Part shown: positions 58,381-64,000 of the stretch, piece after piece
How the letters are laid out: each line of letters begins with the position of its first letter
Position numbering within the stretch: the first letter of the stretch is position 1
DNA from: Octopus vulgaris
Taxonomy: Eukaryota
Direction: 5' to 3'
NCBI GenBank assembly: GCA_951406725.2
Contig: OX597821.1
Span: 27,032,001 to 27,096,000 of the forward strand
Length of the DNA: 64,000 bases
Position numbers and translations under genes: made by a program
Notes under the pieces: generated by a model
What the model was told of the DNA's origin: nothing
The model's input: the letters and a program-made list of their open reading frames with translations, nothing else
The model's database searches: none

Positions 58381-59814
58381 TGCTTCTATATAAAAACAGA
58401 TTTTATACAATGCCGTTACAATGATAAGAATCGGTTTGAAACGATTTTCTACTCACTTACACACACCTAAGCGAGCATACACAATAAGAACCAGACTCAC
58501 ACATACACAGACACACTAGAGAAACATATATATCTTTGTAAATCAGTGTGTGTGTATGCATACATATTCATCTACGTATATATATATATATATTTATATT
58601 TGTGTATGTATACACACACATATATGCATATATATATACATATATTCATTAATTATGTGGAAATATTTCGTAGTTAAAAATATATCTTCTGGAATTTGTG
58701 CAATGTAATTAGTAATAGAGGTCATTAATAATGAAAAGAAGTTGACTGATAACGTTGCTATAAATAGACATTCATGCATAAAATCAGCTGATACAAAGAA
58801 ATATCAGAAAAATATCAAATCTCTTACTGAAATATATATTTTTATAATATATTTTTACCTTCAGACACTTTTTTATTTCCCTTTATATTTCTCTACGTCA
58901 AATATACACTGGACAATAAAAACAACACGAATATTTCGTCACTAGAGGTCCAAAGATAATGAAAAATCTCTGTCGCTTTAATTTAGTATGGTCGTACGGA
59001 TAACAGTACAGTACAGAAACGGACGTAGTATTAAAAACACAAATGCAGGCATACCTCAATTTCTGTTGTTCCTAGTTTTTGGACTTTACGCAGTTATTGT
59101 TTATTCATCTATTTGTTTATTTATTGATAAACCTGAATTTCAGTTAGTTTAATGGATGTTACATAGGCCTTATCGAACGTATATTGAAAACCATTAAATC
59201 TTTTAAAAAGATACATTTAAAAGCCAAGTGGAAAATCAAATAAAATACATGGCAAAATATGTTCAAACGGTACAAATATAAGTTAATAATCTGTTGAATT
59301 TTATGTATGTGTGTGTGTTACATGGTTTTACATCGTCTGGGACCCAATTGCCGACGAAACTTGAGTTATACTTGTACACAGAGTAAGATTTGTAAATATC
59401 ACTAGGAAAGTAAACAAAATTTTCCAATCGAAATCTTACATCATAGAAATAAACTCATGTAAATAAACTGTTAAATATGTCACAGTTGTACCAAAATACT
59501 TGTGTGGATAACGATTAATGGAAGGGCTTAATAAAATGAAAATAATTCAATTTCATGGAAAAAAATGCATGCAGTGGTGCGCAAATATAGCTCTGAATAT
59601 GTAGTTGGTTGTAAACTTATGCTACATATTAAAATATATATTTATAAATATTAGTAAAATATTCTATATTTAGATGCTGTTTCTGTTTTTGTTACTTAAG
59701 TCAACACAGATTTTTTTTTTCATTAAGTGTTAGCTTCGTCACTCGATGTCAAAACGGAGAATTAGTATTTGTTTTGTAGTTTTTACACATACGAGGAATG
59801 CCGAAATAATTCAA

Positions 59815-60010
59815 ATTTAGGCACAAGGCCAGCAATTTTTGGTATACTAGAAATGAATTATATCGACCTGAGTAACTGATTACTTTTTCGACCAGTAAGG
59901 AATGAGAAGCAAGTTCAACCTAACTGGGATTTAGACTCTGAACATAAGCCGCCGCAAGAAGTGCAGCTACGCATTTTATCCAATAAGCTAACGATTTTGC
60001 CAGCTCACCG
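59815..60010 (-). mobile_element. Degenerate tRNA-SINE (family of 28917)
   Basis: GGCACAAGGCCAGCAATTTT...CTAACGATTTTGCCAGCTCACCG. Confidence 0.7.
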
Positions 60011-60093
60011 TTTCAGGTATGAACATTTCAGGTAAGAACATTTCTTGCCTATCCAATAAAGTATTCAAGTTTGTGTATTTGTGTGTTTGTGTG

Positions 60094-60147
<54 letters not shown>

Positions 60148-60148
<1 letters not shown>

Positions 60149-61040
60149 CGGGAAGCTTTATGAAAATAAACAAAAGACGAAGGCAGGTGGAATACAAACA
60201 AACAATTGTATTAGTATGGCGCTCAGGAATATATATATATAAAATAGAAAAGAGTGAAAAAATACAGAAGGCTTGTTTTATAAGGTTAAAGAATATATTT
60301 AAGTCGTTATGTTAGAAAAATGTTATAAAATTTTGTGTATAGTAACATAGGTTTGGGAGAAATAAACGGTTTCGTGTAAACTTCTCAAATTTCTCAAATT
60401 TCTTTACCTACATCGTGTCATGTCTTCGTTATGTAGTGCAAAGAAGAGTTCCAGGCAGGGGGAGGTAATCAGGGACTTCTTCCGGTATAAGGGAGATAAT
60501 CGTTTTATATATATATACTTTTTTCAATGGGATGAGTTTCTTTGAATAGGAATTTTAGGATAGTTAAGTTCAGGCTTATATTTTTCAATGAAAAATGTTT
60601 CCTTGTTTAATCTAATTTGTGTTGGTGTTCCAATAGCACATTGATAGAATGGACAGATTAAAAAATGTGGTAGTAATTGCTTTGCGCATTTCTCAATATG
60701 CTCACTAAAGGGTATCATTCTATATTCTAGGAATGCAAGCTCTAGTCAGAGTGCATCAGCGTCTGAGTGATAATCCCGTAGACCCTACTTAGTTTTGGTG
60801 GAAGCCCGAGCATCTTATGACATAAATTATGTCTTCTGAAGCACAAGTAAAATTAGATTTGATCTTGAATTTTTGTCCCTCTTTGAAGAGGAATTCTGAT
60901 CCGTTTAGAAGTTTTGGGCATGTTGCGCAGTTTGGTCTACCACATTCTTTTACTTTTGCATCCGTAATTTCAGAAAACAATTTGGCCTCTCTGGGAAAAT
61001 CAGTAGAGATGGCTTTTTTGTGGGGATAATTTTTATTTTA
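60148..61040 (-). mobile_element. 5'-truncated Penelope-like (Neptune-type) relic: Cys-rich linker + GIY-YIG + pLTR, ending in (TA)n
   Basis: Minus strand KECGRPNCATCP...FKIKSNFTCASEDIIYVIRC...VGST.LSLR...SEHIEKC...RLNKETFFIEKYKPELN. Confidence 0.88.
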
Positions 61041-61494
61041 ATCTCAGTAATAATGTTTACAGCGAGTTACTCTGATATGAGTTTCGAGCTGCAAGTATAA
61101 AGGGAAAATACTCCAAGAATAACTTAATCCTGAAAGAGAAGAAATTCTACACTTTCCATTTGACACATTCTGATAGGCAAAATATTTTAAAGTGAAAATG
61201 ACTTTATAAATACGGTATTTCGTAAAAGACCCATCCATAACCTCAGTGTGAAATAGATTGTTTTTCCATAGGTTTCTTGGAGTGCATTCAATGTATCTCA
61301 CCTCGAAAGATTTGGTTGTTATTTCCAGCACACCCTCCTACTATGTAACAGCTATTTGCAATAAAGGACCCGAAATACCTGTTACATGGTAGTAGGGCGT
61401 GCAAGAAATAGCACCAAATCTTTCCTTTTCTGGGAAAAAGAGCCATTTACATGTGATTTCAAAATCACATTCGTTGAATGCATACACACACACA

Positions 61495-61549
<55 letters not shown>

Positions 61550-62089
61550 GTATATTTATGTATATATGTATGTGTGTGTATATGTGCATATCTGTGTGTG
61601 TGTATGCTTATATGTATATCATTCAACCACTACCGTGGGTGAATATATTCTTAAGTCCACCATTTCGTCAATCACAGCAGCTTCCAAGCTTCACCACTAA
61701 TTCAGTACTCAACGAAATTGCAAGGTGTTAACAGTTTTAAAGAGAACTCATCCTCAGCTACAGTTGTCATAAGTAGTTTGAGATCTGGTTCAGTAGAAAA
61801 AAGTTGCATCAAAATATCTGTGACCTTAAAGGGCCAATAAGACACCTATTGATTTTCAATTAACAATTTTTTTTAAATTCTAAAACAAAAATATACTTTG
61901 CTTAGGCTTAAATGATAGAAAAACGCATGAAGAATTCAGAATCGTTAGTCACATTCAACAATAATTAGTAGAAAAATGTTATGAGGTAAAATGCCACGAA
62001 ATGTAATGTCAGAAAGTCAGGAAGTAAGAAGTAATGCCCCATGCAATAAGAATAAGAATATATGTCTAAAATGAATGATTACATTCTAA

Positions 62090-62306
62090 GGCGGCGAGCT
62101 GGCAGAAACCTTAGCGCTCCGGGAGAAATGCTTAGTAGTATTTCTCTTGCCGCTACTCTCTGAGTTCAAATTCCGCTGAGGTCGACTTTGCCTTTCGGGG
62201 TCGATTAAATAAGTACCAGTTACGCACTGGGGTTCATAAAATCGACTTCAACCGTTTGTTTATTCTCTCTGTGTTTAGCCCCTTGTGGGCATTAAAGAAA
62301 TAGGTA
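62090..62306 (+). mobile_element. tRNA-SINE (family of 28917)
   Basis: GGCGGCGAGCTGGCAGAAACCTTAG...GAGTTCAAATTCCGCTGAGGTCGACTTTGCCTTTCGGGGTCGAT. Confidence 0.88.
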
Positions 62307-63317
62307 TTCCGCTGTGATCCACTTTTCTTTTTATACATTTCGTATCTATTCAATTTGACGTTCAGATTATTTAATTAATTTTTCTTAACTAAACACTTTG
62401 AAAATTCCGATACTGATACAATGCGTCACATACAACAGGGTTTAATCTTAATGTTTTGTATTTTAGAAGTTATTTCGTCAGAAGTTACAGAGTGACAATG
62501 GACAAATTTGTGTTTGATAAGTGCCAATACACGAAACTCTCATCTTTTGACTTACTCTCTAACTTCTGCCGATGATACATATTACATACATGTGTTAAAA
62601 AATTTCATCCTGCAATCGAACCAATGAAAGAGCCTCTACCTGGTCGCTCGACACGCTAAAAGGAACAACTATAGTATCCTCCTACCTAAATCACGCGCCT
62701 ATTGTCCCCTAGAAAGACGGTTTGCTGAAGGCTGAAATGTTTTTGATGATAGGTTTGCAGTATCATGATTGCTTTGAGGCTAAATAACAACATTATGGTA
62801 AATTTCTTTATTAACACCCGCAGGATTTTCACTGAGAAAGAAAAACAAAAAATTGGATTTTTTGCATGGAATCAAATACCCTGATCTCCTAATATACTGC
62901 AAATCCCTTATTTTTAGTTCGGATAAAATGATTCCAATCCCGGAATCATTGGAAATTATTATTTCGTTGAATGAATGTCTGTGACCTCTTAATATTCCAA
63001 AATTAGGTTACTTAAAGTGAACCTGGTAACTGATGGTTTTGGTGGTCTTGTTGTTTGTAACTTTTGATGAGCCATGGTGCAACCAACATCATGGTAAAAA
63101 TCCCTACCATTGATTTGGTGTGGATGGGTAATATCAAATAATTCAATCACAGCATATATCGAAAATAAACATGAAAAAAATTGAAATATTCTCATCACTT
63201 ACATGGAAAAATTGAAATGTATTATCCTTCAGTATTTTATAAGCTAAAATCTTAAATTATTAATTGAAACATTATTCATAACCTTATAGTAACAACGCCC
63301 AGAAAAATCATGGATGG

Positions 63318-63824
63318 CATGGAAATATGCGAGTATGAAAATATTCTTAAGATTATTAACCTGGAAAATACAGGACAAGTTATTACACCTGTAAAAGTAA
63401 AGGACGAGCTGTTACTTCTAGTAAAGAATAAGAAACCTTTTACTTAAAATATTGCAGCTAAAGTTAAAATTTGAATATTAAAAAAACTTATTTTATTATA
63501 GTTTACAAATAAACAATATACGTATTTAAGTAGAATTTGGCTAATTTACTACCTTAAATGCAGAAAAAAAGTGACTAATTAAACAAACTTACAACTTAGC
63601 TTCACAGTTTTGTGCAATAAATTTAAAAGATGAGAACTGTAAAGAGTGATAAAGTAGAAGAACTGGCATTCTTTGCTGCAATATTTTAAGTAAAAAGTTT
63701 CTTATTCTTTACTTTACTAGATGTAATGGCTTGTCCTATATTTTACAGGTGTAACAACTTGTCCTGTACTTTTTCAGGTTTATAATCTTAAAAATATTAC
63801 TTTTCATGCTCGCATTTATCCATG
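63318..63824. repeat. Fold-back inverted repeat (arms 63318-63463 and 63671-63824)
   Basis: ACAGGACAAGTTATTACACCTGTAAAA vs TTTTACAGGTGTAACAACTTGTCCTGT; AAGAATAAGAAACCTTTTACTTAAAATATTGCAGC vs GCTGCAATATTTTAAGTAAAAAGTTTCTTATTCTT. Confidence 0.9.
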
Positions 63825-63877
63825 TAATGTATGTATAGATGCATGCATATATCTGTGTGTATATGCGTGTGTATGTG

Positions 63878-63942
<65 letters not shown>

Positions 63943-64000
63943 CTTATAAAATAAGGGCAAAAGAAAAATTCTAATGCCAAATATGCCGAAAATGGACAAA

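Noticed and set aside
62989-63446. Short ORFs as candidate host exons
   Set aside because: No recognisable domain; the + strand ORF lies within a fold-back arm.

Overview
Very AT-rich, microsatellite-dense eukaryotic non-coding DNA. The tRNA-derived SINE families strongly resemble those of octopods (coleoid cephalopod, probably Octopus; inferred from repeat content only). I found no host exon, tRNA or rRNA gene, and nearly all long ORFs in the track are microsatellite artefacts. The window holds decayed mobile elements: two Penelope-like element (PLE) relics with GIY-YIG endonuclease motifs, a full-length decayed Tc1/mariner (DD41D-like) transposon with TIRs, mariner relics and MITEs, CR1-type and RTE-type LINE fragments, a Gypsy integrase fragment and about 15 SINE copies. 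The most interesting signal is a set of minimal hammerhead ribozyme (HHR) motifs from several unrelated sequence families, mostly in or next to (TA)n tracts. Two lie in palindromic fold-back units with one HHR copy on each strand, and one of these has an apparent 9-bp target-site duplication. There are also several long fold-back inverted repeats and a diverged ~820-bp tandem triplication. All alignments and folds were done by eye, so identities and boundaries are approximate.
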